DNA of 64,000 nt from Cycas panzhihuaensis (lineage: Eukaryota > Plantae > Cycadophyta), in contig CM041465.1 in NCBI GenBank assembly GCA_023213395.1, positions 75,275,741 to 75,339,740 of the forward strand. The letters run 5' to 3'. Made by a program: the position numbers and the translations under genes. Shown piece by piece: positions 13,500-27,300 of this stretch; positions within the stretch are counted from its first letter, which is position 1, and the number at the start of each line of letters is the position of its first letter. The notes beneath the pieces are model-generated. The model did not search any database and had not been told where the DNA came from. It was given only the letters and a program-made list of their open reading frames with translations.

Positions 13500-15690
13500 T
13501 TTTATTTAAAATCTAAAAAGTTTCATATAACTATTTTTTAACATTGATCTAGTCAACCATTTGTCACTTCCTCTCTATATCTAGGTGCCAAGCATAAGAA
13601 ATTTTTCCCAATGTGGCTAGGAACAAAGGAGGCCAACATTCCATCAGAGTTATGTTGCTTGACCATAAATGCTCACAACATTGTGTATGTTTCACTAGAC
13701 TTATGTTACCTTCATATTTTTGTTGTAGGCCAAATCTTTACTGAACTGATTAAATTACCTCTGTGTATATTATCCACAAGCATCAAAATGCTAGCAGATG
13801 TTTCAAATAGTCCCCTTCAATGACTGTGTCTAATGTTACATAAGATCCATGTATGGATTCTTCTTTATGTAAAATTTCATATAAAACTAACCAAAAATTT
13901 ATAATGGATTAGTCATTCCATTATAGATAATAAGTCCAAATGGCACACTTTTCATCATTTTGATATAGTGATTTGGTTACTAGAATTGCTCTCATATGAA
14001 AACAAGATCGATACACCCCATACCTCTTCTCATGCCATACATGCAATGCATCCTTTGAATTTTCTACTTACAACACAATTAGATTATATTCCAAGCATCC
14101 TTTTCTAGCTTGGTTAACCAAATCATCTATTGTTACTTAGTAATAGTAGATGTCCTCATATTGGTCTTAAGCTACCTTATTTTTTGTAGAGCTAAAAGCA
14201 TAATTTTTTTTTCCACCCTTTCATCCAAAAGAATGATAACTACTCTATTTCCCTATCAAGATATCAGTCATTATTAGTCTAAATGAAAAAGTTCTCTTAT
14301 TTTTCATCCCCATGGTCTACTTAATAATAATTAGTATACAACCCTTTCACACAATTGAGATACAACTTCAAATTCTATCTCAACTATTATACAATAGCAA
14401 TTATGGTTAACCACCTTAATCTTTCCATAGGAGAAACCACATTTTGATTAAGGACTTTGATTATAATGGGAGTTTTTTTTCAAAGTTGGTCAACCAAGTT
14501 ATATCCAAGTTTGTTATGTCATGAGATTCATTTACAACCCAAAGCCAACTATTACATCTTATAGAAAAAAGTTTTATATTTATACATCAACTAATGGCTT
14601 AAAATCTTCTAGTTTTGATAATGTTCATATTGTCATTTGCTGCACCTTGTCGACATAAGTCACTTACTCCTCTTAATGTCCTCATTCCTTCTACTTGAAC
14701 AATTGCACTATCTGTATAATTATTAAAATGATTAATATGACAATTTCTAAATTTTATGAATATCTCTAACTTTATTATACAATCCTTTTAAAATTAGAAG
14801 TAATAAAGCTTATTTCTCATATTGGAATGAATGTTGTGCTTGAATCTCCTTTTAAGCATCCTTAAAATATGATTCATTGGTCTCTCAACCTAAATACTTC
14901 TTCATTTATCTTTGATATTTTCTTTGTACCATTCTTAGAATACATTTGGACTTACAATTGTTCCACCCTCCAGTTGTACATTATCTTATCACCTAATTCA
15001 TTTCTCATTGTCATGGGGACCTAGACTTACTTTTAGATCATTGTGATTATAGAGAAGCTCTAATTGCTTTCATATATTAAATGCATTTACCTTGCCTTTT
15101 ATCTTCTATAACATGACAAGACAATTTATTGTTTCATGTCTACTAAATCCACATAAGGTACAAACAATAAACCAAATTGATTCAAAGGGTAATTCCTTTG
15201 CAAATGATCCCAATTATCACACTTGTGACATTGGACACCTTTCATCCTTATAAGACTTAACATAGGTCCTTTCCTAGCTCTTTGTCACATTCTTTGCAAA
15301 ACTTTTAGATTAAAATTAAAATCATGAGTTATGTATTTTTGTGTTGAATATTTCATATTATTGACCAAATATCCTTAAACACATGTTAGATGTAATATTA
15401 TGAGAGTATTCTTCTATTGAAAGTCCAAATGCCTTATGAACGTAACAATACAGTCATTCTCTAGGTGAGATCAACTTTTATCGATATGTCCCTTATTGAT
15501 TTCCCTATGGAAGTTCAATGATTTAGTGATAAGCATTCCTTGCTATTGACATGGTGTTCAATGTAATATATTTAGATCCACCACTCTTGAACATACTCCA
15601 TAGGGGACAATCCTTTTTATAATGATTGCACATTTGACAATTAACACACCACACACTTTCTCTCTATGGTTGTTCTTTGATTAATACATT
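13500..15690 (-). mobile_element. Degenerate Ty3/gypsy internal region (gag zinc knuckles, protease, RT)
   Basis: Minus strand: CCHC knuckles VWCVNCQMCNHYKKDCP (~15600-15655) and CHKCDNWDH (~15200-15235). Retropepsin-like ...TWI*LG*PTLKKTPIIIKV...SRPW at ~14300-14560. RT motif VPFGL at ~13932-13946. Confidence 0.7.
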
Positions 15691-15702
15691 TAAGTTTTTG
15701 CA

Positions 15703-16140
15703 ATGCCTAAATTAATTAATTTACAACCTTTGGTGGAGTTTAAACAAATGAAATTCCATCCACTTATCCTTCTAGTTCCATTACAATGCCCGATGTGTCT
15801 TCAAAAGTTTAAGATTCCTCTATTGAATTCTAATCCTTATTATCGAGACAATTCTATTTACAAAATAGTCGACATTTTATTTCTCATCCAGTTAATGCAT
15901 GCCATGAACAAATAAGTCTTCAGTTTACAAAGCAATGCTAAGAGTGTTTCAATATATTATATATGTAAGTTCTTTAGTTCCATTAATGTTGTTTGTCTCA
16001 ATTTTTAATGTTTGGATGCTTTTAGAAATTACTTCTTGCCATAGTCCAAGCCTTTAATCAACTTTTGGTGTATCATTTACTTATACTATATTTGCACTTT
16101 ACCATGCAAAGTGGTCACAAATTTATTCCATTGTATCTTA
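15703..16140 (+). pseudogene. Gypsy RT-connection/RNase H fragment, opposite strand to the flanking gypsy remnant
   Basis: CPMCLQKFK...SIYYICKFFSS...KLLLAIVQAFNQLLVYHL...HFTMQSGHK resembles C..AF.KLK...PIAYAS...KELLAIV.A...WRHYL...FTV.TDHK. Confidence 0.55.
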
Positions 16141-17975
16141 TGATCAATTGATCCATGTCAAATCTACAACGATTTGCACATAAAAATGTGTTGATGTCCA
16201 TTAAGCATGCCATCATATTTTAGCAACTAAATCTTAACCACGTACTAGATCACAAATACTAGATTAACCATGTTGCTATTAATGTTTGCAATCTATTGTT
16301 TATTTTTTATTATTAATCTTAAGGGAGAAGAGTTTCGAAGAAGGTCAAATCATGAATTAAAAGTCTTAATCTATTCTTTCAACTTATCAAATGCATCTTC
16401 ATATAAATCAATTTCTTTCCACTCATCTTCTAGGAGGGGACAATAAACTACAATTTCTAAAAGTCTCACCTTCTCTCTTTATTCATGAGCTTATTCTCTA
16501 CATGATTCATTAACTAATAAGAGTCATCACCCATATTCTTATAGTCCATGATCCTAGTGATTTGCCCTTGCTACCCTTAATTCTTCAGATATCATATTAG
16601 CATTATCATTCCAACTTTCTAGCCATCCTTCCCAATCAACCTTTGAATTAAGTTGTAATCATCTTTATCACCATGACCAGTTTAATATTTCTTAATTTCT
16701 CACTTATAGCACTGATTTTGTTCAATAGTTAAATCAAATGTTGGATGTTTTAACTTACTTAAGCACAATCATGGAATTGCTTAATAATTAGTAACTTTCA
16801 ACCAAGCATTTGTTGAATACTAATGTTTACATTGGCTCATAACGTAAAGTTATGAACCTCTCTGCTATCATTGTATTTTAAGCATTTTTTATTTAAATAT
16901 GAGAATGGTGAGCCATTAGGGGTTACTTAATATTCCTCATGTCTTATCATTTAGAAGTAAATATTTATTTTAAGATTGTATTTATGTATTATTTATGCAT
17001 TAGATTGTGTATTATAATAGGAAAGGGAGTTTAATGAACAAGAGATGAGTTTAATTTCTTAAATATATCAATGTATGAACTTAATTTTAATAGTTTTTAC
17101 ATGGTACCAGAGCTAGTTAGGTGCAAATTATAGGTTTGGGTATAAGATTGCATAGGTCTAGGACCTATCTTGTGCAATTTACTACTTTTTGGAAGCAAAA
17201 TCAGGTTTTTTTTTTCATACATTTTATGATTTTTGATGTAGTGGTTAAGTCTTGTTTAGGCTTGAGTTATTCAAGTTTTAAATTGATTTATGTCTTTATT
17301 AGAGCTCAAACTCTAATTTTTGAGACTATGAATGATTTATAATTCTTGTTTTTTAATTATTATATTAGAAATCCATGTTGTGGGAATTATGCATAATAGT
17401 TTGCAACATGTTTTTTGTTTAGTTTCTACATTGATGGTCATTGTCATGATGTATAGGAACTACCCTTAAGGTATATTTTTAGACACAAATATCTAAGCAC
17501 TATCAAGCAAACAAAATAGTAAATATGTCAAAGGGTAAGCACTACAAAACAAGTCAAAGAAACTTATTTTAATTTGAAGGAAAAAATCTTCAATGGGTTG
17601 AAAATATCTATTTTCTTTCATCAATAGCTTCTAATTGAAGGAATATAATGTTTGCAAGACTATGCTCTGATACCAAATGATGGAAAATATAATAGCAGGA
17701 GAACATGATAGAACATATATCAAATAACCATAAACCAATATTGCATCAATGTATCACAATCACAATAGCATAAACACATGAAAGCCTTGTTGTTCAATCC
17801 ATTGTAGTAGAAATGAGCATTACAAATCTCCTCAAAGGTAGGCGGTGTCTAAAAACACTAGGGTTGTACACCCCATAATATAAATAGTTTTGGGGGAGGA
17901 GGGAAACTCCTCAACCCCTGAATTCAAATTAATAATAAAATAATATTCACTTAACTCAAATGAAACTAACACAAC

Positions 17976-18820
17976 TTACCTTGATATGTTGAGCATCACA
18001 TGTCTAAATTGAGGTGCACAAGCCTGGTAGGTAAGAGGGAGTGGAGTGATGACATTACACTCCAACATTCTCCCCCTTAATATCAGCACGAACACTTGTA
18101 TCTTTTCCTTGAACTTATGGGCGGTACTTGAAAAAACTTTAAAATTCTGATCTTGATCTTTATCAACTCTTCTCACCCTTATAGTCACATATGTCTCTTT
18201 ATCATAGAATGATGTAGAAAAACTATAAGTAGATGAAACTTGATGCAAATGTAGATGAATAACTATAATTTTGACTTTGTCAACTAAAACATTAAGAAGA
18301 CTTTGAACTTGAACTTTTGTAATCTTTATGGTTTGAATAATTGTCATATTATCAGGTTCATTCTTTGTCATATCATCACATTCATTCTTCGTTATGTCAT
18401 AAGATTCATCTTCATTCTTCCCCTCAAATGGAGGATCAAATCCTTGTGCAACAAGGCAGTCCTGCATTTGATCTAAATCATCATGGTTGTTGTCGTCATG
18501 ATCTATCTGTTCTGTTACCTGTCTCACATGCTCATCAAAAGTTTCATCAAATACATTGGGGGTATCTCCCCCATAAAGGAAATCAATAAATCCCAAATAG
18601 ACTTAGATGTTGTTAATTCAGAAACCAGTGAAAAAACATCATCAGTCATAGTGCAAAATAATAAACCTAAAACTTCATTATCTTTTCTATAATTTTCTTT
18701 AATGCTAAGGTCACATTCATGTTGTAAATACTTTAAAAGATCATATTCAATAAAGTAAGTTTGCATGGTGTCATACCATAGTGAAAAGTTATGGCCATCA
18801 AAATTGGGGAATTGTGCCAT
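17976..18820 (-). pseudogene. gag: C1 copia-type gag (DUF4219/Retrotran_gag_2-like) fused to a pol tail, frameshifted
   Basis: ORFs 18524-18820 (MAQFPNFDGHNFSLWYDTMQTYF...TTSKSIWDLL) and 17976-18596, which ends ...HKFKEKIQVFVLILRGRMLE across the PPT. Confidence 0.85.
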
Positions 18821-20351
18821 TTTGAAAGCAATGTAATCAATAAGAATATAATGATGCGTTTGGAAGCAAACTTAAAAAATCTTTTTCACTTATGCAAAAC
18901 TGAAATAAACTTTTGTGAATGAAATATAAAGATTTTTCAAAAATACCAATTTCTTAAATGAGTAAATATAAATCTTCAATGTAAGAAAAAAACTTTCCCT
19001 TTTTGTATAAAAATAACTTTTCTTTGAGAAGAATATATATTACCTTATGAACAATTTCTGGTTTGAAATAGCTTAAAATGCTTGTAGAAAGATCAAATAG
19101 AAACCTTGAGTTAAACAATGAGATATAAACTAGAATTTTCTTAAAAATTTTAAAAAAAGATAAGCTTATTAGGATGTACTTGTATGCTCAATTTTAACAG
19201 CTTGAAAACTATATTGAATAATGTCAGAATAACTTAAAATTCTACCAATATGTAGATTAATAAGGTGTGAATCTAATGAAACTAACAGTTTTGAAAACGG
19301 GTACCAATAAATCATGATTTGAATGATACAAAGGTATAGACCTCCTTATGGGGCCTAACAGGAGCAGGGTAGTCAAAAATTGCATAAAATTACTAATTAA
19401 CTTTTAGAAAATGTTGAAAAAAAGATCAAATATTGTTTATGAAATGTTCAACGTTCTTTCAATTGAAATTTTTGAAAATATATATTAAAAAAATGTGGAA
19501 AAATAGCAGATTTGAAGCAATAAGGTACCTCAACTTTGAATGATTTGAAAGATAGAAAAAATATATCAAAATATATTAAAAAAATATGCCAAAATGAAGA
19601 GAAATGAGTTAGCTTCCCAACGAAGCTGATGGAATTAAAATCTGATATAAAATAAAAAAATTATAGCGAAAATGGTAATAGGTGTCTTTATGTAAAATGT
19701 TAAGAAACATGCTAAAAACAACTAAATTCCTGATTTTTGCGATTAAAATACTAATGAAAATGAATTCAAAAAATTGAAGTAAGAAGTGGGTATAGAAGTC
19801 TGTAGAACATAGATCGCTATAGAGGAAATTCGGGTAGAAAGTAATTTACCAGTAATAAATTACAGCCAGTTCTAAAAATGATTTTGTTAAAAGTGTGAAA
19901 AATGCTAAAATTTTGAATGTCTGACGTTGAATTGGTCGAAATAGAGTCAAATCGACACCAAATTGGTTACATGACCAGTCAAAATTGGTGTACAAAAAAT
20001 TTCAGATCTATTGGAGGTAGTTTCCTCTGAAACCGATAAGCCAGTGATAAGTTATGGCAACAAAAATGCCAATAACTCTATGAAAAATAAAAAATTAAAA
20101 AAAATAAAAATGAAAAACATTTAAAACCTTTTTGTAAGTGGCTAGCAGTCACATGATGGTGAAATGGAACCGGGGGCTGAAAGTGAAAAGGGATTAAACC
20201 CTTTAAACCCTCAAATTTGAAAAAATATATAATTAAATTTATTTTTTTAAAACTTTATCTTAAATGTTAAAACTATGAAAAATAATGAAATGAAAATGCC
20301 ACCTCGCCGAATTTGCTCGAAATTCTGAGGTAGAGTCGGACTCAATCAATC

Positions 20352-20355
<4 letters not shown>

Positions 20356-20404
<49 letters not shown>

Positions 20405-20418
20405 GTTGTGTCAGGATC

Positions 20419-20461
<43 letters not shown>
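20356..20461. repeat. Two (TA)n tracts inside C1
   Basis: (TA)n at 20356-20400 and 20424-20461. Confidence 0.95.
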
Positions 20462-20465
<4 letters not shown>

Positions 20466-21174
20466 ACGCTGTTATTATTCTTTGAACACTGTTGTTAATG
20501 TGGCGTTATCGAATGCTTAATGTGCCATTATCGAACGCTGCTGCGGAAGATCAAAACGACGGCTATGGAAGAACAATGGAAGATCAACGCCGCTGTAACC
20601 AGAATTATTACAATAAGACCCCGCACTTTCGATTTCTATCGGAGACTCCACCAAGTTCATCGAATGAAAGCCGAGTCTGAGCACGCTACAGGCTGAAGCC
20701 GATTAATGAGATAATGATAACAATAAGGCAGGCCGAAGCAAATAAAAATGAATATTATTAAATATAAATCAGCATTAGGAATGTACAAGGCAACGCTGAG
20801 TCCGCGTGAGTAGTGCTAGCTAACGCAAACCAATATTAAAAGACGGAGTGATGAGAGGTACGGATGCACAGATAATGACCACCGAACAGAGGCAATATTA
20901 AAAAATAGAGACGTTTGGAATGGACAGGCACAACGCACAATGGACAGGCACAACGCACAAGGTAGAAGAGACGGATCACGAGCCTTAATGAAGACGGCGC
21001 AAAACGGCAAGCCTTAGCGCACCAAATAAAATGCAAACATTGAATAATAATGAGGCAGCGCCAATATATAAAAACCAGAAATGGCAAGGCTAGGAGACCA
21101 ACAGTAGGATTTTATTCTCGCTTTCCTCTAAAAACCCTGGGAAGCTGGGAGAGAGTTTAAGCGACTTCTGCAGG

Positions 21175-21405
21175 ATGGTTGGAGATGGAGAGTTAGAAAC
21201 AGCCCAAAATTTTATTCAAGACCTACAAATTGAAATGGCTTCTCTCAAAGAGAGAATTCAGGTGCTGGAGCTTGAGAATGCAAAACTCTCTACGAGTTTC
21301 AGCAAAAAACCACAAGATGTATGGAAAAGGATACAGCCACCCAAGTACTGCAGCATGGAGGGTTTGTACCACCTAGTGCATGGCAATCTTGTGAAACTAT
21401 GCTAA
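21175..21405 (+). pseudogene. Captured host-like coiled-coil ORF in the C1 cargo (tentatively the N-terminus of plant tRNA pseudouridine 38/39 synthase)
   Basis: ORF MVGDGELETAQNFIQDLQIEMASLKERIQVLELENAKLS is gene-like in composition and absent from C2 and C3. The match to the RVKELE.ENAKL motif is from memory only. Confidence 0.35.
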
Positions 21406-21617
21406 TGGAAAAGAAAATGGAAGCAGATATACTTGGGCCAAGTCAATGCAATCCTAGTTTTCCTTCAACATTTTATGCAGAGGATAATGATCATGTAATA
21501 ACTCAAGGCAGCTCTTTTGGAGGCACTCCAAAGCCAGGTTCACCAAGCAAATACAAGATGTCTGCTGGTAACAAAACTATAAATGTAACAAGCAACATGT
21601 AAGCAAGTGAAGCAAGG

Positions 21618-21686
21618 CAGAGTATTATCAAGAGCCTAAGCAATCTTCTCCAAATAATGCATACAAATTATATGCCACTTGTTTTG
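21618..21686 (+). pseudogene. Captured myosin XI C-terminal (DIL-region)-like fragment
   Basis: Translates to QSIIKSLSNLLQIMHTNYMPLVL, resembling plant myosin XI WQSI(I/V)KSL(N/S)..L..(L/M)K.N.VP(P/L)(F/V)L. Confidence 0.6.
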
Positions 21687-23449
21687 CAAGAGTTTCTAGA
21701 AGTGCTTTTGTGGTAATGTAATGATATATTTAATGAGAACCAGACGGTTATCCCAAGAAGATACCCTTGAATTTACAATTATTACAACAATGTTATGGCT
21801 TGGAAACATAAAATTTTCTGTGATGTTATTTGTGTTCAATCTATCCTTCAAATAATAATAGTAAAAGATACTTAGTGGAGCAATATACTCATATAATCGA
21901 GTCACAATATTAATAAATTTTTCAAATATTTTGAAGGGAATATATCATAAAAAACACTTATATATTTGTATTTGAAAAAATTTCAAAGGAATATATTGAG
22001 CAGATATATAAAATGTATGTAAATTTGAAAATGGAACAGAAGAACCTGGAATACGCAGCTGTAGTTGTCTTGATCTTGTGTATATCTTCTTCAAAAAACT
22101 GAATATGCCTCAAATATTGTAGATATGCAACTGCTATCTTTTGTAGATTGAAATATAGCTTGTAGCTGGAAAAACGCTTTTATGAATCTGCACAAATCTT
22201 GTGAAATAACACTGAATATGCTCGTTATATCATAAAAAACCCCAATAATAAGTGAATCTTTTAAAAAATATAATAAATCTGTTGAAAAACTTTTAGAAAA
22301 TATCACCAAATGATGGAAAATCACAGATCTGAAGTAAGACCCAATAGATCTGCAAAACTATTATGTAAATGTTGTAGATCTGGCCTTAGTATAGCAGATC
22401 TATAGCCAAAAATATCACAGATATGAATAAATATAACAGAAAATATTAAAATTTTGTTGAAATAAGCAGATTTATAGTAAAAAATAGCATATCTGAAGTA
22501 ACAAATTACGAATCTTTGAAGAAAACTCGATAACTTTTGTATGCAACTGATGCTCTTTTGCAAATATGCGAAAAATATCAAATAAGTAGACAAAAACTTG
22601 TAAACTGTCAAAATATATGATAAATATGTAGATCTGAAGAAAGAATAACTTAAATATGAGAATAAAACTTGAATGTATATAACTTGCTGCTAAAAATCCT
22701 ACGTAGATCTGCACAAATCTGAAATAGATCTGAGTAATATTTGTTGAACTAGAAATACAGCTCAATAATAATCAAAATCTACTGAAATAATATATAAAAC
22801 TTGCTAAAAATTTTCAGAAAATAAATATAGTTAATATATCTTGCTTGTAAAAAAAACTGTTGTAGAATACCAGTAGATCCTATTGCTCTTCTTCAAAACT
22901 TGACGGGCCGTGATCAGCTCGATACCAAATGAAAGAATATACTGTTTGCAGGACTATGCTCTGATACCAAATAATGGAAAATATAATAGCAGGAGAACAT
23001 GACAGAACATATATCAAATAACCATAAACCAATATTGCATCAATGTATTAATGTATCACAATCACAATAGTATAAACACATAAAAGCCTTGTTATTCAAT
23101 CCATTGTAGTAGAAATGAGCATTACAAATCTCCTCAAAGGTAGGCGGTGTCTAAAAACACCAGGGTTGTACACTCCACAATATAAATAGTTTTGGGGGAG
23201 GAGGGAAACTCCTCAACCCCTAAATTCAAATTAATAATAAAATAATATTCACTTAACTCAAATGAAACTAACTCAACTTACCTTGACATGTTGAGCATCA
23301 CGTCTAAATTGAGGTGCACAAGCCTGGTAGGTAAGAGGGAGTGAAGTGATGATATTACACTCCAACACTAATGATTTATAAATCACATTAAAAGTTAGCA
23401 TATAAGATATTGAATGATATACAAATTATGGATAAAGATCCCACTAATT

Positions 23450-24300
23450 TGCATGTAGGTTTTAATTTTCATTTTTATTATAATGAAGCTCATTTAATGA
23501 GCATGTAGTTATTATTTCAAAGAGAAAAAGCTTTAGAATATAACAAAAAATAGAGATGTTTTTGGAAGCAGGTCTAAAGTAGGTTAAAAACCTTAAATGG
23601 TAGTCCTTTACATGCAATAAAATTTGTAGTTTAAAGGGACAAAAATCCATGAATTAAATCACTATTGGATAGGGGAAAAGAAAGTGTTTTTGGTCTCTAT
23701 TTGAAGGTTTATCCAACTTCATTTGCAACTATTTTTCAACCGCATTTGGGGCACATCAAACCACCTTTTTAGAAGAAGAAAAATATAGTATAAATTTATG
23801 TTGAAAGATGCCAATAGATCCACTACATGCTTCCCTTCAAACAACAAATCAAATTTAAATATAAGCCATACTAACTCATGAAAAATCCTTTAGAAACATA
23901 GTGAAAAACATTGTTTGAAAGAGAAAGCTTAACATTTCATAGCATTGAAATGGAATTTTTTAGAAGGCTTTAAAAGTTGCCCAACATATTGTTGAACAAG
24001 CACAAAAATTAGAGACAAATTCTTTCAAAAGAATGGATTAAAACTCTACATTAGTTACATGCTATATGGATCAAAATCTATCACATATGGGGTGCCCAAA
24101 ACACAAAAAAATATGAGTAAATCAAAATGAAACAATGAAAAATCATGTTATTGTGATATACACATGTGAAAATCAATGAAATACAATGAACAGATAGCAT
24201 GAAAATAAAGCACAAATTTCCATTGACTTTATATGAGTTATTATATTCTTGTTAATGATGATCCTCGAATGAGGAGGAGAACACACTTCAAAATCAAGCA
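23450..24300 (+). pseudogene. Possible highly decayed Mutator-like transposase remnant inside F
   Basis: Weak motif echoes: KVYPTS...HLGHI and KEWIKTLH..AIWIKIYHIWGAQNT..MS..QNETMK. No terminal inverted repeats identified. Confidence 0.25.
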
Positions 24301-27300
24301 AAAGCATAAAATACATTAAAATTACCAAGATTTGTCTCTTAATGGCTTGGATGAGCTTGATAATGGCAAAAATCAATGCAACTAGATGAAAAACTATGAA
24401 ATTTTGTGAGTGGGCCCTTGACAAGACACTTAGGAGGTGAGTGATGAAGAGTGGGAAATGGGCATGTAGAAAACCCAATTTTTTCGTAAGGAAATAACAT
24501 GCAAGGACATGCATAACTTTTGGAATTATCATTTAGTGAGAAATTCAAACATAAACACTTAAAAATTTAGTGTGGTAAAATCATCGTTGTCATGTAACAA
24601 TAGAATATTTTAAGGAATATTCCAAAAAGATACTTAGGTTTATAAAATAGTTTTCATTTCATAAAGTCAAGTGACACTAAATTAATTTTTATAAATTTTG
24701 AAATCTAGAAAGAAGCCCCTCAACTTTTCAACCCCCGATCACATGGAGCCTAAGGTGCCAAGGCCATTTTTAAGCAATCTATAGGCCAAATTCAGCATGT
24801 GAATATACCACTGAGCTCTTTCTTTTAAAATTTATAGTCCTAAAATGGTCACATGCACTTTTTCGTTGTTTTTCTTTATGAAAATTTAAAATTAAATGTT
24901 TTTAAGTTAATTCTAACTAGTTGTGAGTAGACCAAGGAAATAAATACACTTATATTATCTACTTATATATAAACTAAAGTTTTGGACATCTTTTACATTT
25001 TATTTCTATGTTTTTTCAGTTTTTTTTAGTTGATTTTGTGTGTAATAAAGAAAAAAAGGCTAGTGGAAGAGGTATAATGGGTTCTATCACTAAAAATTTG
25101 ACTAGTTCTAAAAATTATGCTACTTAGAAACATCAAATGTTTAATTTTTTTCATTTAAATGATTTATAGAAGTATGTTGATAATTTTGTAAAAGGAAAAA
25201 CACTTGCAAATATTATTATTTTAAAAAGAAACTAAAAGATAAAGTTGACTTCAAACAAGCATATGAAACTAAGATGCGCATTGGTTATGGCTTTTTTAGC
25301 TTGTCAATTAGTGGAAACACTGTCATGAATATCAAATGTGCCACTACCCCAAAGGAGATATCAAACTCTTGACTACAGCATACAAAATGAGGTTGGATTT
25401 ATATTGAATTTGGTTCATTGAGTTTTGTGCATAGAGACATATGACTAATAGGCTAGATTAGTTTTGCCATAAGTGAGAAATGAATGAAAAAGTCAACATC
25501 AAAGATGACACTGATCTAGAGGTTATAAGAGGTGGAAAAAGTACTATTCGTCATGCCAAATGGTGAGAGACAATATTTAGAGAATGTTTTACATGTGCCT
25601 AATTTTAAGGTCAATCTTGTTTATGTAGGTGAAATTTAACAACAAAACATGTCAATAACATTCATTCAAGGATGGTGCATAATCTAAGATAAATAAAATA
25701 AGATTATAATTAAAAGACTTAGATACAATAATATGTACAAACTACTAGGACACTCTAAAGTATAAAGAGTGTTCCTTATTATAACTCCAAAACAAAAATT
25801 ATAGTATGAATGAATGGGTTAATTAAACTACTCTAGTATTCATTTGATACATAAATTAAAAAGTGTATATGGTCTTCCTTTGATTAATGCTAAACATTAC
25901 TTTTGTGAACCCTATATATTTAATAAACAACACAAAGAACCTTTTCTAAAAAAGAATGCATAGAAAGTTTAAGAAAAGTTTGGATTAGTTTACTCGGATA
26001 TTTTTGAACCAATACCAGTCATATTCCTTGGTGGAGTGTTATATTTCATCACTTTCATTGATGACTTTTTATGAAAAGTCTAGTTTTTTCCACTAAGGGA
26101 GAAATCACAAGCCTTCACCTATTTTAGGTAGTTCAAGGAATTGGTAGAGAATGAAAATAGATATAAAATTAAAATCTTGTGAATTGATAATGGAACTAAA
26201 TGCACTTTGAATAAATTCAATTAGTTTTGCAAAAACCATAAAATCAAGAGACAATTTGCTACTTCCTACATACCTCAATATAATAGAATTATTGAGCCAA
26301 ATTTATGATGAAAGGCAAGGATGTATCAAATCACCTATGAGTTGAAGTTATGAACATAATTGCATATTTAAAAAACAAAATCACTACAATGCTTATTAAG
26401 AACAAAATAACTGAGTAGACTTAGTAAGATAAGAAGGTGATTATTTCTCATTTGAGAGTTTTTTAGTGCATGGAATACATGTATATTGCAAAGGAAAAAT
26501 GAGAGAAGTTAGACAATGAAAAAACTACGTGCATCTTTCTGGGATAAGCTAAAAAATAATGCTTACAAAGGTTATGATTTTTTGACCAAAAAGGTATATA
26601 CAACATGTGATGTTATCTTTAATGAGGATGATAACACAGATGTGGATTTAATTAAAGTTAAGAAGAATATTAAAAAGCCATCTAAATGTAGCTCTTCAAG
26701 GGACATTAATGAACCTAAATTTGAATAGTTTGACATTGGTGAAGTAATAGAGTTATGATCCTTCCAATTTCTAGAATCTAAACCTAAGCAAAAATTAATG
26801 GCAAAGTTAAAACAAAAGCTAGAGAAACCTCCCATACCTTTGCCTTCATCTTTGAACAAAAAACTTCCTTAATGATGCTTAAAAACTATGGAGGATGCCA
26901 ATAAGTTATTACCTAAATCAATTAGAAAGTAGAAATAAAAAATACTACCTTCTAATTAAGTGAATCTTATTATAATAGCATGTGTGTTGAATGTTGATGA
27001 ATCTTCTATGATTAAAAAGATAGTTAAAGAGTAGAAGCGGAATGACATTATGGATACTGATATTCAAACTATTGGGAAGAACTACACATGAGATTTGGTT
27101 GAATTTATTGATGGAAAACATACAATCAGTCACAAATAGATCCATAGAACTAGGTATAAATTAGATGGATCTGTAACCAAATTCATAGCTACACTTGTAG
27201 TGAAAGTCTTCAAGCAGAAAAAATTGGTCAACTACTAAGAAACATTCACTCATGTAGCTAAGATGAATACTATTTACCTTATTATAGAAATGGCTACACA

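Larger units (their letters stand above)
17636..23367 (-). mobile_element. Element C1: family C non-autonomous gag-only LTR element with a cargo slot
   Basis: LTRs at 17636-18067 and 22930-23367. PBS at 22917-22927 (one base short of consensus), PPT TTAAGGGGGAGAA at 18068-18080. Perfect TSD CTAAT at 17631-17635 and 23368-23372. Confidence 0.95.

Noticed and set aside
13500-16140. Gypsy element with unusual integrase-before-protease order
   Set aside because: The Cys-rich motifs at 15200-15655 are CCHC gag knuckles, so the order is the normal gag-PR-RT. The RNase H piece at 15703-16140 is a separate opposite-strand fragment.
21276-21290. Shared AATGCAAAACT(C/G)TCT (NAKLS) between the C1 and C3 (51006-51020) cargos as evidence of a common donor
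   Set aside because: Only 15 bp with no flanking similarity; probably chance in coiled-coil-coding, A-rich DNA.
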